Assembly (NCBI GenBank): GCA_019695215.1 | Contig: JAIBAK010000016.1 | Location: 676 to 64,675 of the forward strand | Direction of reading: 5' to 3' | Origin: Bacteroidia bacterium | Lineage (GTDB): Bacteria > Bacteroidota > Bacteroidia > UKL13-3 | Length of the DNA stretch: 64,000 bases | Part shown: positions 7,501 through 16,386 of the stretch, piece by piece | Layout of the letters: each line of letters opens with the position of its first letter | How positions within the stretch are numbered: the stretch's first letter is position 1 | The notes under the pieces: model-generated | Seen by the model: the letters and a program-made list of their open reading frames with translations, nothing else | What the model was told of the DNA's origin: nothing | Database searches by the model: none | Position numbers and translations under genes: made by a program

Positions 7501-10194
7501 ACCAACTATAACATTTCCCCAAGCCAGATCATTTGCTATGGTACACAGCCGGACACTATTGTTGGAGATACACCTACAGGTGGTACGCCTCCATACCGTT
7601 ACCAGTGGTTCATGAGTACCGACACTTCGCTAATCAAAGTCTGGACTAAACTTACTAACGATACGTTGATCCACTACCTGCCGGGGGGTCTGTATCAGAC
7701 AACTTATTTTACCCGGGTGACTGGCTCTGGTGAATGTCCCGGTGAAAGCAACGTAGTCGAAGTAAAAATATCACGGGTATTAAATGACAGTATCTGGAAG
7801 GACACCTCCGATTGTGATGACATATTGGGTTCTACTCCAGTTAGTATTTCAGGCATTCAATCCTATTTCTGGGAAAGAAGCTCCAACGGCACAAGTTGGG
7901 AAACGATTTCCGGTGAAACACAAAAAGATTTAAAATATCCGGTGTTCTTTGATACAACCCATGTAAGACGGATAGTAACCGATAGCAATGCCTGTTCATC
8001 TACCAGCAATGTGGTTATTCCTGCCATTTTCGCGGGTGATATTACTTATTCAGGTGATACCCTTTGTACAGGAAATGCTTTGTATGTTTCCGGTAATGCT
8101 CCGTGTAGCGGTAATAAAACCATAAGTTATCAATGGCAATACCGGAAGTTAGGCACAACTAATTATGTCAATCTGGGTGGTACAGGAACGTTACAAAATT
8201 ATTCTCACAGTAGTTGGACAGACAGTTGTTATATCATAAGGGAAATGACCTCGTTTGGAAAATTTTCTTATAGCGATTCGGTACTGATCCCGATGCGTCC
8301 GTTATTAATAAATTACCTTCTGGAAAATGGAGATACTACGTGTCCGGGAAGAAATCTTCATACTATTGATGGAAGTTTCTCCTGCATAAGTACAAAATAC
8401 TTTTTCAGGTGGCAAACCACTACAGACACCACCGGAACATGGGATGATATTTGGGGGGCTACAGCATATGATTACAGCCCACCTCCTGCAAGTGTGACAA
8501 CATACTATCGCAGGCGGATGGTTTACAGTGTAACAAGTGATACCACCTACACAAATGTATATACTATTTCGGTGATGGCCCCTGCAATTAGTTCCCAGCC
8601 TTCCAATGTCACCGTAAATGATGGCGGTGCGGCCAGTTTCTCCATTAGTATGACCGATATGACCCTGTTGCGATGGGAAAAAAGAACAGGCACTTCCCCA
8701 TTTTATACTTGGGTAACCGTTGCTCCCGGCACAAGCCCATATAGTTTTGTTACTGATTTATGCATGAATGGTGGGGTTTACAGGGCAGTGGTATTTAACC
8801 ATTGTACTAATGCTGCGGAATACAGCTCGGAAGCGGTACTCACTGTTAATTCTCTAAATTATGACTTATGGGCAAAGGATAATGAGTCCGATATTTTTGC
8901 ATCAGAACCTTCGACCGGATTTATATGGAACAGCCCGGATATATGGAACAGAAAAAACAACGACACTTCATCTGTTCATGAAAATCCTGAGTACAGATGG
9001 ACTGCTCCTAATTACCTCAGAGCAATTGTGCGCAACACGAATAACGCAACCAGTGTTCCTGCCAAATTATTTGTATATTGGACCTTTGCCAGTACCGGTG
9101 AACGATGGGACAGGAACTGGCTTAGTAATACCTCAAACAACGATTCGGTAAGTGGCAATTGGAAAACCTATTATGGTACAAGAAAAGGGCTTGGCGGATT
9201 AATAGGTGAATACAATATTCCGGCACTTGCACCCAGCGAAGTATATAAGGTAAGTACAAGTTGGATAGTACCCGATCCGGGTATTGTGGTTGGAGATTCC
9301 AACGCGAGTAATCAGGCCGATATTTGTTTCCTGAGCCGAATTGTAACCTGTACGAATCCAAATTATGGAATGCACGTATCGGAAACAATGAGTATAGGTG
9401 ATAATGTAAGGAAGAACAATAATATCATCACTAAGAATTTTGTGGTATATGATGCACTACCCGGTAATGGAAGGGTAAGTTGGGGTGGTAATGGAAATCC
9501 TAATGATGGTGCTTCGGCAACAGGTGTACTACGTCTTAGGGCAGGAAACTGTGATTTCTTCCGATACGGGTATGTTATTTTACATCTCGACCCAACACTG
9601 CAAAACATCTGGACAAATACGGATGGTTCGGGATATACAGTAGTCGATGATTCAACACTTATGGTAGATACCTGCGTTGAGGTGGTGATGGAAAATATTG
9701 CTTACGAAGCAGGTCAGTATGGATTGTTGGGGGTGGAATTTGTGATGCGTAATGATTACACTACCCTGTCCACTTTTGATGCTTTCTACGAATTTGACCT
9801 TGAGGAAATGCTGAATGAGGATACAGTTTCCATTGGAGGAATTCACTATGGTGTTCCAATGCACATTGAACCGCTGCCGGAAAGTGGAATGCAAAGACGC
9901 ATACCTTCGGATAATAAACAGGCTATTGTAGGAAAAACCAGTTTCCATGCTTACCCTAATCCGTTTACTGACCAGCTCACAATAAATTATCATATCCCTA
10001 AAGAGGAGCAAGTGAATATTGTAATCACAAATCTGCTTGGGCAAAAGGTTGCAATTATTGAAAACAATACCTTTAAGCAATCAGGCATACATAAATTTAC
10101 TTTTAATTCTGCTGCGCTTAAAGAAGGAATTTATTTCATTAACTTCACCGCTGGTTCATACACCCAAACACAAAAGGTTGTATTGATAAGATAA
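4501..10194 (+). CDS. Secreted multidomain M43 (pappalysin/cytophagalysin-like) zinc metallopeptidase, 1897 aa, with the shared NWYFG/GLPNF domain, multiple Ig-like (SprB/HYR-like) repeats and a T9SS type A C-terminal domain.
   Basis: Signal peptide, then the zinc-binding motif 'LVLVHELGHYLGLWHTFEGG' (HExxHxxGxxH typical of M43B pappalysin-type metzincins). Downstream are 'NWYFGQWAGLRF' and 'GLPNFMDAKYP', many Cys-bracketed ~80-aa repeats ('PPYRYQWF', 'YQWQYRK', 'FFRWQTT'), and the C-terminus 'FHAYPNPFTDQLTINYHI...GIYFINFTAGSYTQTQKVVLIR'. Only 19 bp separate it from the upstream paralog, so the two are probably co-transcribed. Confidence 0.85.
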   Translation: MKQKRLFIVMTLLCLLATHARAQVPCAFDTLQQIFSTQPGYWPLHKGHENRIDYYRNHPSEINEQYRPGPNSEASTCFKTRFMIPVVVHIDSSGGTVNVTSTQVQDQLDAVNTIMKNYGIQLCLAQKKPNGTSFSGINYFNGASVDNRISYQLPSLTNILYYNPKKYLNIYIVPTILNDNYSTSTYGGYNNIFPGQKGLDGIVILHTRFGNYQTCSGCNLDANARGLVLVHELGHYLGLWHTFEGGCSGGNTAGTCSTQGDHCCDTRPVATQNFLCPLPTPSLSCSNTAYYTSSFAENRSNYMDYAEEPCKTNFTSDQQSIMYSSLLGPRSELVSGENLDTLGLACCFKTAWFTTNTNFYCTSDMDSIRLTAYQGASTYRWQIKDSVSGRTVFDTVTTSKIFTYMPDSAGKYNITLRTIYSSGDTVEMKRIMYIEISDCNTPIASTKGNWYFGQWAGLRFTTNGVFRDMGPWINQLPDNIFTGEGSVSISNPQGQLLFYAGGDLYAPGYMNVYNKKYKQFHTSPVKGDMSSAQTGIILPSPKNKQRYYLFTVSGLDANVTLSLNNSGFRYSIVDTTVIDLSDPNDPIYCEIDTPNFKDVPIKAPSGSQFHPVDSSLICGEMITAVSKCNGRDYWIIVVDRSANDSLYANYHKLLVYSLDSATGVTFSHVSSFRLSIDGGNGNYAYGQLKASPDGTKLAAPGYVMEFNRITGAITIIDSMSAPAPDIWACSFSPNSKRLFYLVNIDAYTSGFHQYNLEDSSDVVIDTLPEFFGNAMQLGPDNKIYMAQIGLSQLGMISNPDEVYDPNNPSSIDYTAEGPKIGSNGIGGMCLTGLPNFMDAKYPSEIEKKIEYAQTGCFNFKFTNTVCCTETFKWYFGDGDSASGKTVNHTYDSLKYYYVMLIAGSDTLRDTIRVGIDQPIIAGSTNAICDTVHFNTYSVGNRVTDLVYQWLVDAPNQMYVDNYGGANVSWKQDSSYIRLKATSPGGCKDSSEVMITIRPPLTNYNISPSQIICYGTQPDTIVGDTPTGGTPPYRYQWFMSTDTSLIKVWTKLTNDTLIHYLPGGLYQTTYFTRVTGSGECPGESNVVEVKISRVLNDSIWKDTSDCDDILGSTPVSISGIQSYFWERSSNGTSWETISGETQKDLKYPVFFDTTHVRRIVTDSNACSSTSNVVIPAIFAGDITYSGDTLCTGNALYVSGNAPCSGNKTISYQWQYRKLGTTNYVNLGGTGTLQNYSHSSWTDSCYIIREMTSFGKFSYSDSVLIPMRPLLINYLLENGDTTCPGRNLHTIDGSFSCISTKYFFRWQTTTDTTGTWDDIWGATAYDYSPPPASVTTYYRRRMVYSVTSDTTYTNVYTISVMAPAISSQPSNVTVNDGGAASFSISMTDMTLLRWEKRTGTSPFYTWVTVAPGTSPYSFVTDLCMNGGVYRAVVFNHCTNAAEYSSEAVLTVNSLNYDLWAKDNESDIFASEPSTGFIWNSPDIWNRKNNDTSSVHENPEYRWTAPNYLRAIVRNTNNATSVPAKLFVYWTFASTGERWDRNWLSNTSNNDSVSGNWKTYYGTRKGLGGLIGEYNIPALAPSEVYKVSTSWIVPDPGIVVGDSNASNQADICFLSRIVTCTNPNYGMHVSETMSIGDNVRKNNNIITKNFVVYDALPGNGRVSWGGNGNPNDGASATGVLRLRAGNCDFFRYGYVILHLDPTLQNIWTNTDGSGYTVVDDSTLMVDTCVEVVMENIAYEAGQYGLLGVEFVMRNDYTTLSTFDAFYEFDLEEMLNEDTVSIGGIHYGVPMHIEPLPESGMQRRIPSDNKQAIVGKTSFHAYPNPFTDQLTINYHIPKEEQVNIVITNLLGQKVAIIENNTFKQSGIHKFTFNSAALKEGIYFINFTAGSYTQTQKVVLIR

Positions 10195-10251
10195 GGGGCT
10201 CTCAAACAGAAATACCGGGTGTCCTGACGTTACAGTTAGGATACTCGGTTT

Positions 10252-11013
10252 TTAATCCACCGAATCATATTTCTCAAGTAATTTGAGAAACACTTCGAAG
10301 TCTTTAGGGTAAGGAGCGGTGAATAATTTTTCTTCCCCTTTTAATTCAAAATGTATCTGGTAAGCATGCAATGCCACCCGTTTCATCATGGGTTCCTCGT
10401 TGCTCCATTTACCTGTTTTAAACTTTCGTTTCACCGATGACAGCATGGGCTTTTTTCCACCGTACAACTCGTCTCCCACTATCGGAAAATTTTGAGATGC
10501 AAGGTGCACACGTATCTGGTGTAAACGCCCCGTGAGCGGCTGGCATCCTACCAGCGTAAAATGCCCGAAATATTTTAAGGAATGAAATATAGTAACCGCC
10601 TCTTTTCCCCTTCCGTAATCAATAACGGCAATGCCTTTTGAGTTGGTATGCAGGGGAAGTTTCACTTCTGTCTCGTTAAATTCGGCATGATCGGCTACCA
10701 CGGCATGGTACAATTTCCCAACATTTCTGTTTTCTAACTGTATGGCAATTTCCCTATAGGTTTCCTGATTTTTTGCAATGATGAGTACCCCGCTGGTTTC
10801 TTTATCGAGCCGGTGACAAAGACTTGCCGTAGCGCAATATTTTTTTGCCATTGAAACTATGCTCGGGCCTTCTCCGGTGCGTTCGTCCAATGAAGAGATA
10901 TGCGGTGGCTTGTTCAGGATAATCAGGTCGTCATCTTCATGTATGATGAGTTCCGGAAAACGGGGAAATTTAATCTGCTTTGCTTCCATATAATGAAGCC
11001 GCAAATTAAACAT
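10252..11013 (-). CDS. RluA-family 23S rRNA/tRNA pseudouridine synthase.
   Basis: Catalytic motif 'HRLDKETSGVLIIAKN' (conserved Asp in the HRLD box) and 'GRLHQIRVHLAS'. It overlaps the histidine kinase stop by 1 nt. Confidence 0.8.
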   Translation of the reverse strand: MFNLRLHYMEAKQIKFPRFPELIIHEDDDLIILNKPPHISSLDERTGEGPSIVSMAKKYCATASLCHRLDKETSGVLIIAKNQETYREIAIQLENRNVGKLYHAVVADHAEFNETEVKLPLHTNSKGIAVIDYGRGKEAVTIFHSLKYFGHFTLVGCQPLTGRLHQIRVHLASQNFPIVGDELYGGKKPMLSSVKRKFKTGKWSNEEPMMKRVALHAYQIHFELKGEEKLFTAPYPKDFEVFLKLLEKYDSVD

Positions 11014-12092
11014 TAAAACATAAACGTAGCGATTTTATCGGCCGGTTGAGCCTTTTTAAGTGTAAAAGCAAACGTAGAACCTACGCCCACTGTGCTTCGT
11101 ACATTAATGGTTTGCTGATGTGCTTCGATAATATGTTTTACAATGGCCAAACCTAAACCTGTTCCTCCGGCATCGCGCGAGCGGCTTTTATCTACCCGGT
11201 AAAAACGCTCAAACAGGCGGGGTAAATGTTCCTGTTCAATTCCGTCACCGTTGTCGGTAATTTCAATCAGGATATTTTCGTCCATATCGTAATATGCAGC
11301 GGTAGTTGCCCCCATTTCCTTTCCGTACTTCACTGAATTTACCACCAGATTTACGATTACCTGCCTGATGCGGTATTTATCGGCATATACATAAAACGAC
11401 TGGTTACATCCGTCTTTTATAGTAAGGGTAATCCCGCGTTCTTTTGAGCGGTACTCCAATTGGTCGTACACATCTTTTACTAATGCATTAATATCAAAAC
11501 GCTCGTACTCCATGTGCAATTCTCCCGCCTCTAACTGCGAAATAGAAATTAAGTCTTCTACCAAATCGCACAACCTGTCGGCACTGCGGGCGGCTTTTTT
11601 CAAAAACTTCATATTTACTTCAGGGTCTTCCAGTGCACCGTCAATCAGTGTATGTATATATCCCTGAATATTAAAAATGGGGGTTTTTAATTCGTGCGAA
11701 ACATTTCCGATAAATTCTTTTCTGAAATCGGCCAGCTTTTTCAACTGGTCTATCTCATCTTTTTTATCCCTGGCCCAGGTAATTACTTCCTGATTCACCT
11801 CCTCAATAGGATCCGAATCCCGGTTAGATTCTTTAAAGATAGCATTTACACCGGTGTATTTCTGTGTTTTTAAACTATGAATGGTTTTATATATGAGTTT
11901 TATTTTGCGGTAAATAAAAAACTCGAGTGCATAAAATATAAGAAGGTATGAAAGGACTAAGCTCGAAATAAAAATCAGTATTGAATCGCCCCAGTTAAAA
12001 TTTGTTGCCACCAAAGCAAACACTCCGATACAAACCGATAGCAATGCCGAGGTGATAAGTGAAACTATACGGGGCGTGGGGTTTCTAATCAT
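11013..12092 (-). CDS. Two-component sensor histidine kinase (HisKA + HATPase_c) with two N-terminal transmembrane segments.
   Basis: H-box 'VSHELKTPIFNIQGYIHTL', and 'NLVVNSVKYG', 'DNGDGI', 'GGTGLGLAIVKHI' (N, G1, G2 boxes). It overlaps the response regulator by 4 nt. Confidence 0.85.
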   Translation of the reverse strand: MIRNPTPRIVSLITSALLSVCIGVFALVATNFNWGDSILIFISSLVLSYLLIFYALEFFIYRKIKLIYKTIHSLKTQKYTGVNAIFKESNRDSDPIEEVNQEVITWARDKKDEIDQLKKLADFRKEFIGNVSHELKTPIFNIQGYIHTLIDGALEDPEVNMKFLKKAARSADRLCDLVEDLISISQLEAGELHMEYERFDINALVKDVYDQLEYRSKERGITLTIKDGCNQSFYVYADKYRIRQVIVNLVVNSVKYGKEMGATTAAYYDMDENILIEITDNGDGIEQEHLPRLFERFYRVDKSRSRDAGGTGLGLAIVKHIIEAHQQTINVRSTVGVGSTFAFTLKKAQPADKIATFMF

Positions 12093-12769
12093 ATCTCAAA
12101 TTTATAGCCCACTCCTTTTACGGTACTAATGTATTCTTCGCCCAGCTTTTCGCGTATTTTCCGAATGTGCACATCAATGGTGCGGTCAACTACCAGCACA
12201 TCCTGTCCCCATATTTTTTCGAGGATAGCTTCGCGGGTAAATACCTTTCCGGGTTTACCGGCTAATAAAAAAAGCAACTCAAATTCTTTGCGGGCCAATT
12301 GAATTTTTTCCTGCCCCCGGTACACCAAAAAACTCTCTCTGTCAATTACCAGATTACCTACCACCAGATGCTCATCCGCTTTATCCTTTTCCTTTCTGCG
12401 AATAATGGCATTGATTCTACTCAGTAATACTCTTGGTTTAATTGGTTTGGCAATATAATCATCGGCACCAGCGCTAAAACCCGCCAGCTCGGAGTACTCT
12501 TCGCTGCGGGCAGTGAGAAATACGATAAAAATTTGTTTTAGTTCGGGAATAGTGCGCATAAGTTTGCAGGTTTCTATTCCGTCTAATACAGGCATCATCA
12601 CATCAAGCAAAACCAAATCGGGTTTCTCCTTGCGCGATTTTTCAATTGCTTCCTGCCCGTTGGTTGCCAAAATAACTTTATATCCCTCCTTTTTGAGGTT
12701 ATACTCTATAAACTCGAGAATATCCGGTTCATCATCCGCCACTAAAATCTTGTACCTGTTATTTTCCAT
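12089..12769 (-). CDS. OmpR-family response regulator (receiver domain plus winged-helix DNA-binding domain).
   Basis: 'ILVADDEPDILEFI', 'DLVLLDVMMP', and the C-terminal winged helix 'VDRTIDVHIRKIREKL...GVGYKFEI'. Confidence 0.9.
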   Translation of the reverse strand: MENNRYKILVADDEPDILEFIEYNLKKEGYKVILATNGQEAIEKSRKEKPDLVLLDVMMPVLDGIETCKLMRTIPELKQIFIVFLTARSEEYSELAGFSAGADDYIAKPIKPRVLLSRINAIIRRKEKDKADEHLVVGNLVIDRESFLVYRGQEKIQLARKEFELLFLLAGKPGKVFTREAILEKIWGQDVLVVDRTIDVHIRKIREKLGEEYISTVKGVGYKFEI

Positions 12770-12837
12770 ATTCCGTTTTTTATTGCAAGATTATGATGGT
12801 ATGATAACTTCAAAATTAACGAATTGTTAAGTTAAGG

Positions 12838-13974
12838 TTAATGAAACAACTCATCTAACTTATTTTCAAGATCTTTTCCCCTCAAATTTTTAGCGATAAT
12901 TTTTCCTTCTTTATCCAGTAAAATAGTGGTGGGAATTGCGTCAATATTATATTTGGTTATAACAGGAGAATTCCATTTGAGCAAATCGCTTACGTGAATC
13001 CATGTGAGCTGATCGTCAGAAACCGCCTTTAACCAGCTCTCTTTATCCGAATCGAGCGACACCCCGTAAATCTCCAACCCGTCCTTTTTATATTTGTTGT
13101 ACAACTTCACCGTGTTCGGATTTTCATCGCGGCAAGGGCGGCACCATGAAGCCCAGAAATCAATGAGTACATATTTACCACGAAGTGATGACAGCGGAAC
13201 GGGAATTCCTTCGGGATTATTCAAAACAATTTCGGGAGCATACCGGCCTTCTTCTGTTTTACGTAAATCCTCTACCCTGCGGTGATTGGCCTGTACGTAT
13301 TTAGATTCGGTCATTATTGGAAAATACTTTTTATCCATACGGTCCCACATATCATATTTAACCGTTGGCTCCTGTTCATCCACCAAAAAATCCATTGCAA
13401 AAAAAGCCACAATCGAATTTGGCACCGAATCCATAAAACGTACAACAGCTGTTTTCTGACGCATACTTAAATCATAATACTCGGCACTTATTTGCTTTTG
13501 AATGGAATCGGGCATTGTTTCGGCATTGGTATATTTGTCATACTTAGCTTTCATGTCATTTAACTCTCCCAGAAAACTATCGTTGGTTTTAATCAGTTCA
13601 CGCAATACCCTGTTATCTTCAGAACCCGATACTTTGTAATCTACCAGATTATTCAAATCAATTTCAACAACAATTTTACTTGCGGTATCCAGCACCACCG
13701 GTATAGAGAAATCGGCTCCTTTAATGGAGTAAAAAGTTTTTTCTTTGTTAGTACCTTTCAGCGTAAACTCTCCTTTTTCATTCACCTCGGCTGAGTCTAT
13801 AAAGATGAGTCCGCCTGAGGTGAGCTCCATTAATGAAACACTTCCGTTGCCATAATTCTTTACTACCCCTGTTACCTCAAATCCTTTTTTATCATCCTCG
13901 GTAGTTTTAGATTTACATGAGGCCAGCAAAGCTGCGCAGCATACTATATATATATAGGTGTAAACTTTTTTCAT
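12838..13974 (-). CDS. TlpA/ResA-like thiol-disulfide oxidoreductase lipoprotein (AhpC/TSA-thioredoxin fold) with an N-terminal DUF4369-like domain.
   Basis: Lipoprotein signal 'AALLASCKS'. Thioredoxin active site 'IDFWASWCRPCR'. Typical TlpA spacing to 'GVSLD' and 'IPTTILLDKEGKII'. Confidence 0.8.
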   Translation of the reverse strand: MKKVYTYIYIVCCAALLASCKSKTTEDDKKGFEVTGVVKNYGNGSVSLMELTSGGLIFIDSAEVNEKGEFTLKGTNKEKTFYSIKGADFSIPVVLDTASKIVVEIDLNNLVDYKVSGSEDNRVLRELIKTNDSFLGELNDMKAKYDKYTNAETMPDSIQKQISAEYYDLSMRQKTAVVRFMDSVPNSIVAFFAMDFLVDEQEPTVKYDMWDRMDKKYFPIMTESKYVQANHRRVEDLRKTEEGRYAPEIVLNNPEGIPVPLSSLRGKYVLIDFWASWCRPCRDENPNTVKLYNKYKKDGLEIYGVSLDSDKESWLKAVSDDQLTWIHVSDLLKWNSPVITKYNIDAIPTTILLDKEGKIIAKNLRGKDLENKLDELFH

Positions 13975-13986
13975 TTCTTTATATGA

Positions 13987-15456
13987 TTATTTTTCGAGTT
14001 CGTCTCTCAGCAACTGGTTGGCTAATTTCGGATCGGCTTTCCCTTTTGATAGTTTCATTACTTCTCCCATAAACAAACCTACAAGCGATTTTTTTCCTGC
14101 CTTGTACTCGGCCACTTTTTCAGGATACAGTTCAAGGGCCTGTTTAATGAAGGGCAGTAAAGAATCGGAATTACTTTCCTGAAGCAGATTTAATCCCTCG
14201 GCAATTTCAAGTGCCGACTTATGATGCTCGTGCAGCATGGCCGGAAATATTTTTTGAGAAGCAACCGAGTTACTTACTTTACCTCCGTCAATCAAATTGA
14301 TCAACTCGGCAATTTTGGCCGGCTGCAAAATAAAATCCTTAATCTCGATGGCCTGTTCATTAAGATATCCTTTTACACTTACCATAATCCAGTTGGCAGC
14401 GGCTTTAATATTCCCGGTATGCTTTAGCACCTGCTCAAAATATTCGGCCACTTCTTTATTTTCCGTAAGCACCGAAGCATCGTAATCGTTCAGCTTATAT
14501 ATATGTGTAAACTTCTCATAAAGTTCTTTGGGTAAAGCGGGCATTTGCGCTTTTACTCCGTCAATAAATTCGCTGGTAATATGTAAAGGCGGTAAATCGG
14601 GCTCGGGGAAATACCGGTAGTCGGTAGCATCTTCTTTGCTGCGCATTACAATGGTTATTCCCTTTACGGCTTCAAAAGTTCGGGTTTCTTTATAAATTTT
14701 TCCTCCGTTTTCCAGTTCATCAATCTGCCGTTTAATTTCAAAATCAATAGCCCGCTGCACATTGCGGATGGAGTTCATATTTTTCACTTCCACCCGGGTA
14801 CCATATTCTTTACTGCCTTTTAGCATAACCGAAATATTGGCATCACAACGCAGAGAACCTTCTTCCATATTTCCATCACATATATCAAGGTAGCGAACCA
14901 ATTTTCGCACTTCGGTAAGGTATTGATAAGCCTCTTCTCCGGTTTTAATATCGGGCATTGAAACCATTTCTACCAATGCCATACCGGCCCTGTTTAAATC
15001 AATTAACGAATCAAACACATCCTGATCGTGCATACTTTTTCCGGAGTCTTCTTCCATGTGAATCCGTTGCAGCCTGATGTTTTTTTCAGTTCCGTCTTTC
15101 AGTTTTATATGAATAGCTCCTCCGGTGCAAACAGGTGTTTTGTCCTGTGTAATTTGGTATCCTTTGGGAAGGTCGGCATAGAAATAATTTTTACGGGCAT
15201 AATAATTATGTTCGGTAATATCACTTCCGCAGGCAATGCCTAACCGGATGGCGTAACGAATGGCTTCGCGGTTGTGAACAGGTAACGTACCCGGATGACC
15301 CAGGCTTATCGGGCTCACCTGCGAATTGGGCAACGCGCCATACAAAGTAGAGTCGGAACAGAAGGCTTTACTTTGAGTAAGCATTTGTGCATGCACCTCC
15401 AATCCTATCACCGCTTCGTATTTTGAGTAATCCGTTTCTTTTGTGGTAGCTGACAT
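13987..15456 (-). CDS. gatB: Asp-tRNA(Asn)/Glu-tRNA(Gln) amidotransferase subunit B.
   Basis: N-terminus 'YEAVIGLEVHAQMLTQSKAFC', 'CDANISV', 'GTRVEVKNMNS', and the C-terminal GatB/YqeY domain. Length is 489 aa. Confidence 0.95.
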   Translation of the reverse strand: MSATTKETDYSKYEAVIGLEVHAQMLTQSKAFCSDSTLYGALPNSQVSPISLGHPGTLPVHNREAIRYAIRLGIACGSDITEHNYYARKNYFYADLPKGYQITQDKTPVCTGGAIHIKLKDGTEKNIRLQRIHMEEDSGKSMHDQDVFDSLIDLNRAGMALVEMVSMPDIKTGEEAYQYLTEVRKLVRYLDICDGNMEEGSLRCDANISVMLKGSKEYGTRVEVKNMNSIRNVQRAIDFEIKRQIDELENGGKIYKETRTFEAVKGITIVMRSKEDATDYRYFPEPDLPPLHITSEFIDGVKAQMPALPKELYEKFTHIYKLNDYDASVLTENKEVAEYFEQVLKHTGNIKAAANWIMVSVKGYLNEQAIEIKDFILQPAKIAELINLIDGGKVSNSVASQKIFPAMLHEHHKSALEIAEGLNLLQESNSDSLLPFIKQALELYPEKVAEYKAGKKSLVGLFMGEVMKLSKGKADPKLANQLLRDELEK

Positions 15457-16139
15457 ATGTCTGATTAATTAAGCAGGCAAATTTAGTTATTTCTGCCGTT
15501 ATCCTGAAAGTAAATTGCAAGGACTTAAAATGTGCTTTTCATAGGGAAAACTGCCAAAAAACAGGAAAAGTGAAATTGCGAAAAATAAAACAACTCCCGC
15601 TTTTCCGAACAGATCCGTTTGGTTTTTGCCGGCCCGTTTTTAACTTCAAATTACAAATCCCAAATCCAAAAAAGCAGTTTTAAAACATGCTGCATTTTCT
15701 GTTGAAATGGAATTTTAGCAGGAGAAAACGCTTTTAAAATTTCCTGAATTAAAGATTGGATAAATAAATTCAATTGGTATATTTGAAACATCAACAAGCG
15801 AAGTTACCAGTGTTTTCAAGTGTTTCAGCAGATGCAAAAAACAGTGCAACATCATTTTTTATCAGTAAAAAAATCACTTCAACACGCGTATCATCATTTT
15901 TATTTCGCGACTTTTCCACATTATTCACAACAAAAAAAATATTCATTCATGATAATAGACATTCGCGAAAATAGTAGATTTACCAAGCGTTTCAGAAGAT
16001 CACACACTATTTCACACAATGATAAAATTGACTCAAACAGGGTTTTCAACACTTTCGATTTTAAAACACCTATTGCATAAAAATAAAAATCATATCAACT
16101 TTACATTAGAATTCATCAACACCCAAACACTTAAAAGCT

Positions 16140-16349
16140 ATGGCTAAAGCAACAAAAAAAGCAGCTCCAAAAAAAGCTGCTAAAAAAGCAACCGCTAAGA
16201 AAGCAGCTCCTAAAAAAGCCGCTAAGAAAACAGCGAAAAAAGCAACTGCTAAAAAAGCTGCTCCTAAAAAAGCTGCTAAAAAAGCAACTGCTAAGAAAGC
16301 AGCTCCTAAAAAAGCCGCTAAAAAAGCTGCTCCTAAAAAGAAAAAGTAA
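16140..16349 (+). CDS. Histone H1-like lysine/alanine-rich nucleoid protein, 69 aa, built almost entirely of KKA(A/T)(A/P)KK repeats.
   Basis: MAKATKKAAPKKAAKKATAKKAAPKKAAKKTAKKATAKKAAPKKAAKKATAKKAAPKKAAKKAAPKKKK. It is encoded by about four 51-bp tandem DNA repeats and is followed by a strong intrinsic terminator. Confidence 0.7.
   Translation: MAKATKKAAPKKAAKKATAKKAAPKKAAKKTAKKATAKKAAPKKAAKKATAKKAAPKKAAKKAAPKKKK
16165..16343 (+). repeat. Tandem 51-bp coding repeats (17-aa AKKAAPKKAAKKATAKK units) inside the histone-like gene.
   Basis: Direct repeats 'gctaaaaaagcaac(c/t)gctaagaaagcagctcctaaaaaagc(c/t)gct' are visible in the sequence. Confidence 0.7.
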
Positions 16350-16386
16350 TTTATTACTGATTCAAAAAGGAGTTACAACGCTCTTG

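Noticed and set aside
4486-10080. Numerous antisense or alternative-frame ORFs within the M43 protease gene (for example 5608..5985, 9652..10080).
   Set aside because: They overlap a 1897-aa ORF with an unambiguous metzincin motif and T9SS C-terminal domain. They look like low-complexity translations typical of spurious frames.
15774-16080. ORFs 15774..15974 and 15820..16080 in the AT-rich gatB / histone-like intergenic region.
   Set aside because: Their composition-driven translations are rich in K/F/I/S and overlap each other. The region is better explained as a promoter and leader. I cannot exclude a small protein without expression data.
16140-16349. Direct repeats that could be mistaken for a CRISPR array or a non-coding tandem repeat.
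   Set aside because: The repeats are contiguous 51-bp units with no spacers and are fully in-frame, encoding a K/A-rich protein.
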